Part shown: in pieces, positions 1 through 13,300 of the stretch | How positions within the stretch are numbered: position 1 is the first letter of the stretch | How the letters are laid out: every line of letters begins with the position of its first letter | NCBI GenBank assembly: GCA_023213395.1 | Contig: CM041465.1 | Location: 177,389,741 to 177,453,740, forward strand | From: Cycas panzhihuaensis | Taxonomy: Eukaryota > Plantae > Cycadophyta | Direction of reading: 5' to 3' | Length of the DNA: 64,000 bases | Notes under the pieces: generated by a model | Told to the model about the DNA's origin: nothing | Database searches by the model: none | The model's input: only the letters and a program-made list of their open reading frames with translations | Program-made: the position numbers and the translations under genes

Positions 1-246
1 CCTCTCAAAAAGGCTTTTGACAAATGTCTTTTAAGATTTACAATATGTTTAATGCCACTTCTAGTGATGATGATTAAATCATTAACTAGAAGTATGTGTT
101 CATATTCTAAATTCACGTATAAATTGTGATCTGAATCATAACTTGTGAAACCGTGATTTAAGAAATGTTCACTGATTCGAGTGTACCAAGTAATTGGAGT
201 TTTATTTCAACTCATATAAGGCTTTCTTAAGTCTATAGACCAAATA
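1..246 (-). mobile_element. Ty1/Copia element H, decayed reverse transcriptase (left part, runs off window)
   Basis: Minus strand reads LVYRLKKALYELK...WYTRISEHFLNHGFTSYDSDHNLYV...NDLIIT, the Copia RT core. It joins the RT piece beginning at 16620. Confidence 0.85.
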
Positions 247-546
247 TGTTGACATTATTGTGGCTCATTATTTTGAATTGTGAGCCTCTCTAATATTTGT
301 ATTTTAATAGTTACTAAATTTGTGATGTTATGTGAGTTGGTGAGTGATTGGGGGTTACACGACCAATCTCATACATGTGTCAATCCTTCTTGGATCAATA
401 TTTCATTTAGGTTCGTATAGAAGTACATATTATGCGTTATAAAAGGAAGAAGAGAAATTAATGGAATGGAATTTAATTTTTTCATTAAATAAATAAGTTA
501 ATTCACCAATTTAAGTGTTCTCCAAGTATGCTTTGAATTAACTACA
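247..546 (+). repeat. 5' LTR of Copia A
   Basis: TG...CA termini (tgttg...actaca), followed by a PBS; alignable to 16299-16619 and 39390-39718. Confidence 0.8.
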
Positions 547-3276
547 TGGCACTTAAGAGTATTTTTAGGTGCAAGATTAGCAGTTATATATGCTAGTTGC
601 AGAGATCTAGGGTTTGTAATGATAGTTTGTAACATTGTGAAATAACATATTTATGTTTTGATTTGTATTTTTGTTAACATGTTATAAACTATTTTTTGGT
701 TGAGATATTTTATTGTTAGACAATATTAGGTTATGCATGTTATAGAGATGGTTTGCAAGTGTTTAATGGGTTGTTTTTATAATAGAGGCACTCCTCTATA
801 AATTTGTTTTCAAACACAAACATGAGTATTGTTGACAAGACAAAATTAGTTATAAACTTTAAAGGGGAATTGTCGCAGTACAATCCTTGTTTAAGATTTA
901 ATGGTATAGTATTCAAATAGGTTGAAAATGGTTGTTCATACACTTGGTGTATAATTTTTTTTTTCCAGTTGATAATCATATTAAAAAATAACATGCAAGA
1001 TATTTAAAAAACATACAAAACACCCAAATTCTATTCACTCACATGCAAGTTTAAACAAAAAAATGGTGGCAAGTATAGCTTATTTAATGAGCATTTCACA
1101 AGCAAACTTTCGAGGATAAGTTGACCTATTTGATGACCATAATAGGCAAAAAGAAAGACCTGCATATAGCAAGTTTTCTACTTTAATGGAATGCTACAAA
1201 TCACAGAGAGAGGTGCCTGGAAAATCAATAAAAGAGATGTGATTTTATCCAGTGTGAAAAGGAAAACCACCAATGCAAAAGGAAGTTTTTAATGGTATGT
1301 AATACCATCATTGGATACCATCTTGAAAAGACAATGGACCACTGAAAATCAATGGCCCTCATTCTAATGTAATGCTAAAATAGTGATTATACTTGCCATT
1401 CAAGGGGTCTGAATGTGGTCACGAAAGAAGGTAGTAAAATAGTGTTTTTCAAACCTTAGAAGGGTTAAATATACTTTCAAATATTTCATAGGAAATATAT
1501 TAAAATAAACAATCTAAAGTTATTAAAACTTCATGTTTCATTAAAAAATATTAGGCTTTCCTATATTTTGCAGATGGGTGACTATATTGACAAAATTATC
1601 GTTTTTCCTTGCATTCCATCACCATTGAAAATTTGTGGGGAAAACCCACTATATTCACCATGATTAGGAGAAAACCCACTTCATAAAAAAGGACAAAGCA
1701 TAATGAACTTACATCCCTCAAAGATTGAGAAAACATTACGTTGATAATTGAGCCATCAAGATGCCATTACACAATGGTGGATAACCAAGGATATTGCTAT
1801 AAGAGATTTCACAACCCCAAGGAAATCCATCATGAGTCCACGAAACAATCGAGAAAGTATTTAACCCATCGTAAAGGAAGAATAGTAAGGTCATAAGTAA
1901 GCAAACTCATATAACAACACATATTGGGCTTATGATTGAAATACAAACCTATTGAGATACCATTGTTTGGCAGACATATGCCGAGAAGAAGAGAGATCAC
2001 AACCTAAAAATTGAAGAATGTATAGCTTCAAATTCTCTCACATAGCCCAACAAATAAATAAAGGAGGAATCTTTGTTTTTACTATATGCAAAGACATACA
2101 TGGAGTAAGATTTGCCACAAGCACTGACATCGTTAACCAAAGCACCTTGATTCTCAGAGAGTAATATCCATTTAGGTGTTAAAAAATCAATCAATTTTTT
2201 GAGGAGGAGAAACTACCACTTGCTATAGAGGGGAATGCTTTATTTTTGGGATTCGAATAAAAACATTTCTTTTCTTTTTCTAAAGTTAGGGTGATATTAA
2301 ATCAAATTTGATAAAATTTAGAGTGTACAACAAGACCCTTAGTCTATCATCATCTAGTCACATGGTCTATAGGTGTAAGGGCTTTTTCTGGCTAATCCAG
2401 AGTCTATTTTAGACATGTGAATATGCTATGGTGTCTGACTTTTTGAGATTTACAATTTAATAATGGTCGTATGCAACACTTGCATGCAAAATTTAAGGAA
2501 AAATCAAAGTTAAGTTGTTTTTAACTCATTTTGGTTACTTTTGAGTAAATTGATGAAGTAAAATCACACATAACAACTACCTATATGCAGATTGAAGAAT
2601 TCTACAGCTTTCACATTTTATTTTTATGTTGTTTTAATTGCTTTCTAGTTGTTTATTATTATTATTTTTTGTTTAAAATAATTAGCGAAGGAGGTATAGT
2701 AGGATTTGTCACTGAAAAGTTATTTAGTTCTAAAAACTATACAACTTGGAAGCATCACATATTTAGTTCTTTTATTTAAATGATCTTTAGAAGCATGTTA
2801 ATAATTCTCTAATGGAAAAAAATGCAATTAAAATTATTGTTTTTAGAACCAAACTAAACTAAAATACTGATCTTAATGCTAAAAACCAAATTTAAAATGC
2901 AAATAGTATTTGATTTTCTTAATATGTCTATCAATGGGAGTGTTATATTACACATCAAGGGCATTAATATATCAAAGTAGATGTGGGACATGGTCACGAA
3001 CATGTATGAACATAAAGACGATGTGAGAGCCCTGAATCTATGAGATCAATTATACAGTGTAAAAATAATGGGCACAATGATGGAGCATAAGAGAATTGTG
3101 AGATCTATATAGGATTAATTGATGGCTATGGGTGAGATCATACATGGTTAAAAGATTATAGCTTGTATTTTTATGAGTCTACCACTCTAGTATGCAAACT
3201 TCTCATCCATAATGCCATTGTTTGACAAATTGTTTACTCTAACAATTGGTTCTTTGGAATCTCTACTTATGGGACA

Positions 3277-3579
3277 TGTTACATGCCAAATCCTATAACC
3301 ATAAGAGAGCAAAAGAGAAGAATGTTGGGATATAGAAAGATCACCAAAAGAGAACTAAAGGGGCATCAAAGTAAACCCAATGAGTTAATATTAATGAAAT
3401 ATATCAAGATGCCTTACATATGATGGGGGTGCCATATTTATAAAAGGGCCACTCTAATATTATATTATCCTACCGCTAAGCTATCCAATCCCACTATTTC
3501 ACTATTATTAAACACTCTTACCTTATCCTCCTTAACTCTTAACCTTCTAACCTATTACATATGGTATAGGTTCATTATA
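3277..3579 (-). repeat. 3' LTR of element B
   Basis: Direct repeat of 6003-6305, adjacent to the PPT. Confidence 0.9.
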
Positions 3580-3934
3580 TGCCCTCTCCTCTCAAATGCT
3601 TCACCCTCAAAGCATCGTGATACAAAAATACATGAGTCCAATACAAGGGTTCATCACCTGCCATTGCGAGAATGTCTAGAGTGGATGGATCCTTATTGGT
3701 GCGAAGAGAGGAGGTTGATGTTACTACACTTTCTAGCTGATGAAGTTGATGTATGTTATACAGATGTGTCGTTCCAAAGAAGAAGCATTGCCCACTTGGT
3801 TGTTGCTCATCATGAAAGAAGTGAGGACCTATGAAGTAATAATGTAGGTGTCCATAAAAATAAAATCCTAAATATTCCTATAACTTGAATGATAACAACC
3901 TATTTGAAGTGGACTTGGGTTGTTTGGTGATGCT

Positions 3935-4500
3935 TTATGCTTCATGTTGTATGGGGGAGCAATCATGGTCCCCCACTTCCTCTTTAACTATATGGTCCTC
4001 TACATGCTCATAAAAAATTGTCTCAATAGTTGGGAGTTCATTAAGTCTAGGTTCCACAACTTGTTCTTCCAAAAGTTCTTCTTGTAATAGATTATTTTCT
4101 CCCAACTTGATGGATTTCTGGTTGATAACTCTATCATGTAGTAAAGATGCAGATAAAGGGGCTTGAACCCATCTTGTCAAAATGTCAAGGATAGTTCTTT
4201 GCAAAATTTCAAGCATGTTCAATAAGCCTAACCTTGTCCTTTCTTCCTCATCTCGCTTAGCCCGTTCTTTCATAAAACGATGTGGACATAGTTCCTGAAT
4301 CTCTTGGCGAAGATTATAAATAAAGAGATCCCAAGTTTTAGGAATACTATATATTATATATACGTCATGGTACCATTGTTGTGCCCACTGATTGAGTTTT
4401 TCTTGCGAATGGTGAATACTTTTAATAAAATTTTTATCCTCCTGTAGGTTGACCCATTCAAAGTATGCTTACAAGGTGGCAAGCCAATTGTGAAAAGTTA
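3935..4500 (-). pseudogene. Truncated Gypsy-type gag relic and acidic ORF of element B
   Basis: WLATL*AYFEWV...KLNQWAQQWYHD...PKTWDLFIYNLRQEI resembles retrotransposon gag and leads into ORF 3935-4273. Confidence 0.55.
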
Positions 4501-5524
4501 TTAAATTATCTTCAATACTGAACTATAAAAGTATGGTCATGATGTTTTTTTTTTTTGAGGGGGTGTCTATAGCCAGTTAGCCCCCTTAATGCCTCAAGAG
4601 TGATGGCATGCAAGCTAAAGTTTGAACAACTGAAAAAAAAAAATACATTCTGAATGACATGTAACAATAAGGTTTGACTTCAACCTTTAATATCTATTAC
4701 AAGAAACATCCAAAATATGTCACACAATAGTCCAAATCGAAGCCCTTGAACCAAAGAACCTGACAAATTTAACAGAACTAAAATTTGAGTCTGTATGAAG
4801 AACATATATCAAAATGAGTGCAAATGGATACAAAGTTTTACTAAAACCCCTTTTAATTATCACTAAGCCCCCTTTTTAAATGAAAACTGAGTCACTTTAA
4901 ATATCCCACATGACCATCGATTATTATTTAAAAGGGGTAAATTTGAATGCAATTATAATCAAACTTGATTTTAACAAACATTTCAAAATATCATAACAAA
5001 ATATTTGCCATCATCTATTGCCATTATTAGGGTTTGATTGTGATCGCCCTTTGCAACTCAATCCTTCACATGGCATCAATGGAAACCAGCTTGGAAGCAG
5101 CTCGACGACTCAGGCACTATATGAGATCTCTACGTAAGAGAGTTCAAGCCTATACAGAGGAGGATGGGATTCTTGCAGACTGCAATAATTTTCAAAGGCA
5201 TGTGAAGCCACACTAAAACCCACATCTCTACAGTAGAGAATGACATATGCACTTAGCTCATTGTACATATGGAGATGAAGAATGTCTTCTCATAGAAACA
5301 ACAATCATTAGTAAGTAGGGGCTCTTCACATGATCGAATCAATGCATCAATGATCGAATTGTCTATTTAACATGATACATGCAATGACCATAACTGTGTC
5401 CCTTTTATATGGACGAGTGTCTCGTTAGTGGTAAAACAATGATATTAGGTGTATGAGCTTCTTCGGAGGAAATCCCAAAGTGTTTCCTCAAAATTTCTCC
5501 CACGCTCTTTGAAGTCAGTTTAAC

Positions 5525-5900
5525 AAATGGTATAGAGCACCAAAGTTGATATTGAACTCCACAAATTACACTGTGGCTATTGATGTGTGGTATGTAGGCT
5601 GTATTTTTATGGAATTCATGAACCGACAGACCTTATTTCCAAGAAAGGACCATGTGTATCAACTACGTTTATTAATAGAGTTGATTAGGACGCCAACTGA
5701 GGTTGATCTAGGGTTTGTTTAGAGTGATCATGCGAGAAGATTTATTCAATAAGTGCCTTGAGATCTAAGGCAATCATTCACTACCTACATTACATGATGT
5801 TAGTGATAAGCCCACATGTTTCATACCATTCACCTTCAATTTTGAGCAATATGCCTTGATAGAGGAGTAGATGAAAGAATTGATATATAGGAAGGCCTTG
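5525..5900 (+). pseudogene. MPK6: Captured, intronless group A MAP kinase (MPK3/MPK6-type) fragment
   Basis: [82 protein letters not shown], then after a frameshifting deletion LHDVSDKPTCFIPFTFNFEQYALIEE*MKELIYRKAL. This matches kinase subdomains VIII-X and the C-terminal CD domain. MPK3 versus MPK6 is not resolvable here. Confidence 0.9.
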
Positions 5901-6002
5901 TAATCAGTTTGTCAATCATTCAATAGGATTATGTCTTCAACACCTACAATAAATAAGGAAGAAGGAAAAAGAAAATTGTCCTTATCTAGCTCTAATACCA
6001 CT

Positions 6003-6305
6003 TATTACAGGCCAACTCCTGTAACCATAAGAGATCAAAAGAGAAGAATGTTGGGAGACAGAAAGATCAGCAAAAGAGAACCAAAGGGGCACTGAAGTAA
6101 ACCCAATGTGTTAATATTCATAAAATATATCAAGATGCCTTACATATGATGGGGGTGCCATATATATAAGAGGGACATCCTAATATTATATTATGCTACT
6201 GCTAAGCTATATAATCCTACCATTTCACTATTATTAAATACTCATAGTTAATCCTCCTTAACCCTTAACTTTCTAACCTATTACATGTGGTATAGGTTTG
6301 TTATA
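6003..6305 (-). repeat. 5' LTR of element B
   Basis: Direct repeat of 3277-3579, adjacent to the PBS. Confidence 0.9.
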
Positions 6306-9300
6306 GAACATTGAGTAGAAACTGAAGAAGATGCATAATGAATCATCTAGAGCATTGGCATCTAGATTGAAAGGGAAGAATCTTGTATTCCAAAGATGAA
6401 TATGCCTTATGAACTTATAGTTTAAAAGAACAAACTATAAGATTCAAAGTGTCAATATAGGTCAAAATGTTAGCATTGTGAGAAATTGAAACATAAAAAA
6501 GGATTATTGGGAATAATAGTGACAATGACGTTCATAAGAACCTTAATAGTAACCTTAATAACATAAGCAAAATAAAGACAACAATGACCATTTGAACAAC
6601 GTGGCCATGTTACAAATGCAACAAAAGACGCCCCTATTAGGATTACAAAGTTATTGTTTATTGTAGCATATAATATAAGATCTGATACACATGATGCCGG
6701 GTTTATTGTTTAAGGTGCATCAAGATATATGATTGGTAGACTAGATTGGTTATTTTCAGATGTGGGAGGTGAATTAAAAGGTTGTTATTGGGGATGACGC
6801 CAAGCTAGAGGCCATTGGAGTTGGAAAGATACCATTTTTCATGCCAAATAGTAAGTGGCAATATTTAGATAATATTTTGTACATACCAAACTTGAAGTTG
6901 AATCTTGTTTTTGTAAGTGAAATTGAATAAGAAGATATCACTGTAATGTTTACTTGAGGATAATGCATGGTTTGAGATAAACAAAACAAGATTGTAGTTA
7001 AAGAGCTTAGAGAAAATAATTTGTATAAATTATAATGACACTTTGAAGTACAAAGAGCATTCTTTATTATATCTTTAAAATAAAAATTATGGCATCAAAG
7101 AATGGGTCATTTGAACTACTATAGTCTTTAATTGATGCATAAATAAAAAATGGTACATGGTTTTTCTATGATAAATGTTACAAGTTATTTATGTGAACCT
7201 TGTATTATTAAAAAACAACATAGAAAACCATTTTCAAAAAAGAAAGTTTGGAGAGCCAAAAAAATGTTGGAGTTGGTTCACTCAAATATTAGTGAACCAA
7301 TTCCTATTATCTTGCTTAGTGGAGTAAGATATTTCATCAATTTCATTGACTATTTTTCATGAAAAGTTTGGGGTTTTCTACTAAGAAAAATATCTTAAGC
7401 CTTCACCTACTTCAAATAGTTTAAAGAGTTGGTAAAGTATAAAAGTGAACATCAAAATTAAGGTCTTGAGAATTGATAATAGTAGAGAGTACACATCAAA
7501 TGAGTTCACTCAATTCTGTAAAGATCATAGAATTAAAAGGTAGTTTGCTACTACCTATACATCTTAACAAAATAGAGTTGCGAAATAGGTAAATAGAACT
7601 TTGGTTGAAAAAGCCAAAGTTATAATAAAAAGTGAGAATGTAATAGAATTTTTATAGGCAAAAAATGTAAACACAATTACATATTTGATGAACATAAGCA
7701 CTATAAGGGCTGTTAAGAATATAATACTTGAGAAGAATTGGTTCGATAAAAAGCTAATTATTTATCATTTAATAGCCATTAAGTGTACAATGTACATGTA
7801 TATTTTAAAAGAAAATAACAAAAGTTGGATGATAAAAGCACTAAGTGCATTCTTATTAGATACTCTAATGAAAGCAAAGCATATAGAATATATGAGTTAT
7901 TGACTAAGGAGGTTTGTATAACTCGTGATGTAATATTCCATGAAAATGAGAGTCTAGATGTTGGTTCAATTAATATTAAGGACCAAGTTGAAGAGCTACT
8001 TGAATGCAATGCTTCATGTGATGTTGTTCAATCTAAATATGAACTGTTTGACAATGGTAAAGCAACTAAGTTGGAATCCTTTTAATTTTTAGAATTTAAA
8101 TTTGAGAAGAAAGTCAAACTTAGAGAAACTATATGTACCTTCATTGTTGTCTTAAAAAAAAAAATTCTAAAATGGTATTTGAAAACTATGGAGGATGCTA
8201 AAATATTATTGCCTAAATCCAAGGGAAAGCAGAAATCAAAACTATGACATTTTGATCAAGTGAATATAGCTCTTATAGCATACATATTAGATGTTGATGA
8301 ACCATCTACTATTGAAAAGGATGTCAAAGAGTAGAAGTGGAATAATATTATGGATTTTAAAATCCAAGCTGTCAAGAAAAACCACACAAGGGATTTAGTT
8401 GAATTCCCTATTTGTAAGCATGTAATCAATTGCAAATAGATCTATAAGACTAAGTTCAAATCTAATAGATTTACAGACAAACATAAAGTTTAACTTGTAA
8501 TGAAATACTCTGAATAACAAGAAACGATCGACTACTAAAAAATATTTGTTCTTGTTGTAAAGATAAATAATATCTACCTCATTGTGGTGATGGATATACA
8601 ATTCAATTAACAACTTCATTAAATAGATGTGAAAAGTGTATTCTTCAATAAACATTTAACAGAACAAGTCTACATGGAGTAGCCACCTAGCTTTGTTGAA
8701 AAAGATTAAGAGTACTTGATATGTTGACTCAAAAATACCTTGTATAGTCTAAAACAAGCTCATAAAATCTAGTATAAAAAGATTGATTAATACTCTCTAG
8801 ATAATAGGCTTGAGGGATCTTCAACTGACTCAAACCTATACATCAAAGTTATAAATGATAAAGTTATATTTATGGTATTGTATATTGATGATCTATTGAT
8901 CATAGATAATGATATCAATATGATATTGAATTTGAAGGTAGATCTTAGTCATTATTTTGAGATGACAAATCTAAGAATTCTACACTACTTCCTTGGCATG
9001 GAAGTATGAAAAAAGTCTAAATAAGTCCTTATCTTGTAGGTGAAATACACTTGAAAAAATTTGAAGAAATTCAGAATGGTTGATAGTAAACATATGCCTA
9101 TTTCCATGGAGATAGGTTTCAGATTGACAGTAGAATATGGTAGACCAAATATTGATCTAATGATGTATAAACAACTAGTAGGAAGTTTAATATACTTAAT
9201 TATTACTAAACTTGGTTTTCTTTTTTGTAGTTGGAATGGTGTCTAGGTTTATGGAAAAGTCAAAATAGAGGTACTAGAAAGGTGTAAAGAGGATCCTCAA

Positions 9301-9777
9301 ATACTTGAAAGGAACGATTCAATATAGGTCTAAATTCAAGTCACAAATTCTAATTGGGTTAGATATATAAAAAATAGAAGGTTGACTTTTGGATGCTATT
9401 TTAGTTTAGGTTCAACTACCATCACTTGGAGCAGTAAAAATCAATCAAATATTACTTTGCACTCAACTAAAATAGAGCACAAGGTTACAATTGCAACTAC
9501 TATTAAAGTCATTTGGTTATGATAGATTTTGAAGGATATAGGACTACAACAATTAGAATCAACTATCTTGTACTGTGATAATAAGAGTGCATTGAAGATT
9601 TCTAAGAATCATGTGTTCTATACTCGTACCAAACATATTGAGGTGCACCATCACTTTATTCATGAACTACTTCAAAGAGGAGTGATTGAGATGGTTATAT
9701 ACTAATAGAAGAATAACTAAATGACATCTTCACCAAACCATTAATATGTGATAGATTCTAGATTTTTAAGGATGGTT

Positions 9778-10193
9778 TGGAATGTACTAAATCTACAAGT
9801 TGTTCTCAAGGATACTTTAGAAAATAATTGATAGCTCAAAGGTTCCTTTATTGCAATTTTAGAAAATGTAAATACATCAATTGAGGTAAAAAAGCTTAGT
9901 GATCACCAAAAGGGAATATACTCTCATATAATCTCAAACAATAATAAGATAACAGAAGTGTTTTATTTATAGATATTTGGCCTTATATAGGCAAATGTGA
10001 CCACTAACTCTAATATCCTATTAGTGGCCCCTTGGGCCCTCCAATCTTATTGGTGGAGGCATGTGGCTAGTGCACATAGATTAACAATTATCCTTAATCT
10101 TTTCTTCCTTAATCATGCGATTATAGTTTAGCCTTGACCTTCTCCATGTCATCAGATGCTCTTGTGTTGCTAACCTTTGAATGTCATGTAACA
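9778..10193 (-). repeat. 3' LTR of Gypsy J
   Basis: tggaa...taaca; repeat of 15839-16255. Confidence 0.9.
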
Positions 10194-10235
10194 GGGCCCT
10201 CTCCTTGAGATGCTAAGTCCCTAAAGCACTGAAGT

Positions 10236-10365
10236 TGTGGGTGTTCTTGGATAAATTCTTCAAACTCCCATGTTACTTCATTATAATCATACTCAACCCA
10301 CTACACTAAGTACTTGGTAATGGTCCTACTCTGGAGATGGTGCCGACGAGAATCTAGGATACCTG
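10236..10365 (-). pseudogene. Integrase C-terminal chromodomain of J
   Basis: GILDSRRHHLQSRTITKYLV*WVEYDYNEVTWEFEEFIQEHP (YLVxW...TWE motif). Confidence 0.8.
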
Positions 10366-13300
10366 TTTGGGGGATCATAAGGACTTCTTCTTCATGGAGA
10401 ATAAGGAGGGTTGTTTTAGGTATATAAGCTTTCCCAAGCTACTTATTTAAGCAAGACACATGAAAGACAATATGAATTTTAGAGTTAGAGGGAAGGTCCA
10501 AGGCATAAGCGATTTCATCAATTTCGTAGAGAACTTTATAGGAACCATAGTAAAGAGGGCTTAGCTTTCAGGTTTTCTGATGGCATAGGAATTATTGCTT
10601 ATAAGGTTAGAGATGAAGGAAGACCAAATCACCCACAACAAATACTCTTTTGGACTGGTGGTAGTTAACCAATTGCTTCATTCGATTTTGAGCTATTGTC
10701 AAGTTTTGCTTAAAAATATGTAAAATTTGATCCATGTCTTGTAATTTTTATTGTGCTCCAACTATTCAAAGATTAGTGGCTAACATATGATGGAATGGTA
10801 GGGGATATACATAAAGTTCCATAAATGGAATCATTCCTATGGAAGATTGATGGGAGGAGTTATACTAATACTCTGCTAGTGCCCTCTAAGAAGTCTAACA
10901 ATTTTGATGGTCTAATACAAAATATCATAGGTATGTTTCTAATGTTTTATTGAGGGCCTATAATTAACCATCAATTTGGGGATGATAGGATGAGCTCATA
11001 TTGAAAGAGGTGCGAGAACCCTGAAAAGTTTCTTACCACAATGTGCTTGTGAATTTTAGATCACGATCAGAGACAATGGTGGATAGGAAGCCATGAAAAC
11101 AAAAGATAAATTAGATGTAGGGGTTAGTAAATCAAGGGGCTTTGTATATAGTATGGACTCATAAGAAGTGGGCATACTTGGTCAAGCAGTTAGTGATGAC
11201 CCAAATTGAGTCATAGCCTATAGATAATGGTAGTCCCATAATGAAATCCATGGCAATATCTTGCCATTTACCTTGGGGAATTGTTAATGGTTGAAAGAGG
11301 TCATCTTAAGCTTTGGTCTCAATATTATTCTATTGGCATATTTCATATTTAGAGACATACATGAGGATGGAGGACTTCGTGTGGGGCTAGTAGAAATCTG
11401 ATAAGATTTGATGGTATATTTTATCAAACTGAGAGTGATTGCCAAGGGGGCTATTATGGTATTCAACTAGGACATGGGGAATGAATGGAGATACTAGGTG
11501 GATAAATATATAATTTTAATATAGAAGGCAATTATTATATAGAGTCTAGTATTTATGATTTTGGAATTTATTGGTCTATATGGTAAAATTAGCCTGAAAT
11601 TCATTGTCATGGAGAAGGTAATCTAGCCAAGAGGGTTGAGGGAGGGAGATGACTTGAATGGTTGGGTCAGCTAGGAGATGAGAAAGAACATCTACAATCA
11701 CATTATCCTTGCCCTTTTTATAAACAATGAAGAAGTCAAAAACTTGAAGCCTATTGAGCTGCTTGGCCTATTCTTTTGACAAAACTAATTGGTCTAGTAG
11801 ACGTCAAAGGTTATAGTTGTCAATTAAGATGGTGATCTTGGATCTAAGTAGATATTGGTACCACTTAACCACTACATGAATAATAGCTTGTATAATGGGA
11901 TAGAAATTTTGCATGACTCCAGAGGTGTCACATTCTATCTAAAAGGGTTATGAGAAATCAAGGGTGGTGAGTATTAACATAGAGGACATGAGTGCTTCTA
12001 GGTAGCTAAAAGCATCAACAATGTGAGGTGACCATTAAAATGAATCTCTATGTAGTAAGTTTATCATGGGGGTTGCTATAGCAACATAATTTTTAACAAA
12101 GTGACAATAAAATCTAGTCAATCCAAGAAAAGCCTATAATTGAGTTAAGCCTTTTGGTGTAGGCCATTGGATGATGATATAGATTTTGTCAGGGTTGATT
12201 CAGACACCTTCCATAGAGATGATGTACCCAAGGTATTGTAATTTAGTTTTGTCAAATTTACATTTGGATATTTTGGCATATAGTTGGTTTTCTAGAGAAT
12301 TTGTAGGGCAGACTCTAAATGTTAGACATGGAGGGTCATGGCAGTACTTTAGATAAGGATGTCATGGAAGAAGACAAGGATAAGTTTATGAAGGTAAGGT
12401 GTAAAGATTTTGTTCATTAGGGCTTGGAAGGTGGAAGGGGCATTACATAATCACAATGGCATGGCTTGGAATTTGAAATGGCCATGATAGGTCTAGAAAG
12501 CTATTTTATGCTTGTTTTTAAGTGTAATAGGAATCTAATAATACCCTAATTATAAGTCAAGTTTAGAGAAGAACATGGTCCTATGAATTTCATCCAGCAT
12601 GTCATTAATTCGAGGGGTCAAAAATTTATTCTTAATAATGACTTTATTTATTTCTTTATAATTGACATTGAGCAAAAAAGAACCAATTTTTTTGGGACCA
12701 ATATAATCAGTAACGTGTAAGGGCTCTTACTAGGTTAGATGATACCCATGTCCAGGAGCTTAGTTGTGATACACTCAATTTTATTTTTTTGAAAATATGA
12801 GTTACGATATAGGTGGAGGATGACGGGATTATATGGGTGCTTTAAGTTAATGGTGTGGTGGAATCCACGATCAAGGGGGAAGGCTTCCTACTAGAGGGTC
12901 AAAAACATATTAGTACTTGTTGAGGATTGATTGGATGTCTAGATGGACATCTAATTATAGTTGAATATTATTGATTCTGATAATGTAACCAAGGCTCTTA
13001 TTAAGTTACTGAATCATTTGTTCAGGGGAGATCAATTTATTTGGTGGGGATTTGGAGACCGTATAATTTATGAGTTTGTCTAAATTGGTCTTAAAACATC
13101 ATAAATGGATTGTGTAGAGAGTTCTTAGTACTATAAGTGCTTAAGGTTTAAAGCCATTGGATGCCAAGGATTGCATCTAAGCCTCCAATAGATAAGTCAT
13201 AAAAGTCATATCAGAGGTGATAAGTGCTAATATAATCTTGAATATTACCCTGACATAGTGGAGGCTATAATGGCCAGGTAAGGAGCAATTGAATCCTATT

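Larger units (their letters stand above)
3277..6305 (-). mobile_element. Non-autonomous Gypsy (chromovirus-derived) LTR element B: gag only, carrying host cargo
   Basis: LTRs 3277-3579 and 6003-6305; Met-tRNA PBS (rc tggtattagagct) 5988-6000; PPT rc ttgagaggagagggca next to 3579; TSD ggaca/gaaca. No RT or integrase in the 2.4 kb interior. Confidence 0.88.
2690..9777 (+). pseudogene. Decayed gag-pol of Copia A (gag interrupted by B at 3277-6305)
   Basis: KLFSSKNYTTWK (gag N-terminus), LCEPCIIKKQHRKPF and ELVHSNI (pre-integrase/integrase), MDDKSTKCILIRYS, RT LYIDDLLI, RNase H RTKHIEVHHHFIHE; many stops. Confidence 0.85.

Noticed and set aside
5528-5538. tggtatagagc as a primer binding site
   Set aside because: It is the W-Y-R-A codons of the MAPK fragment, and no LTR precedes it.
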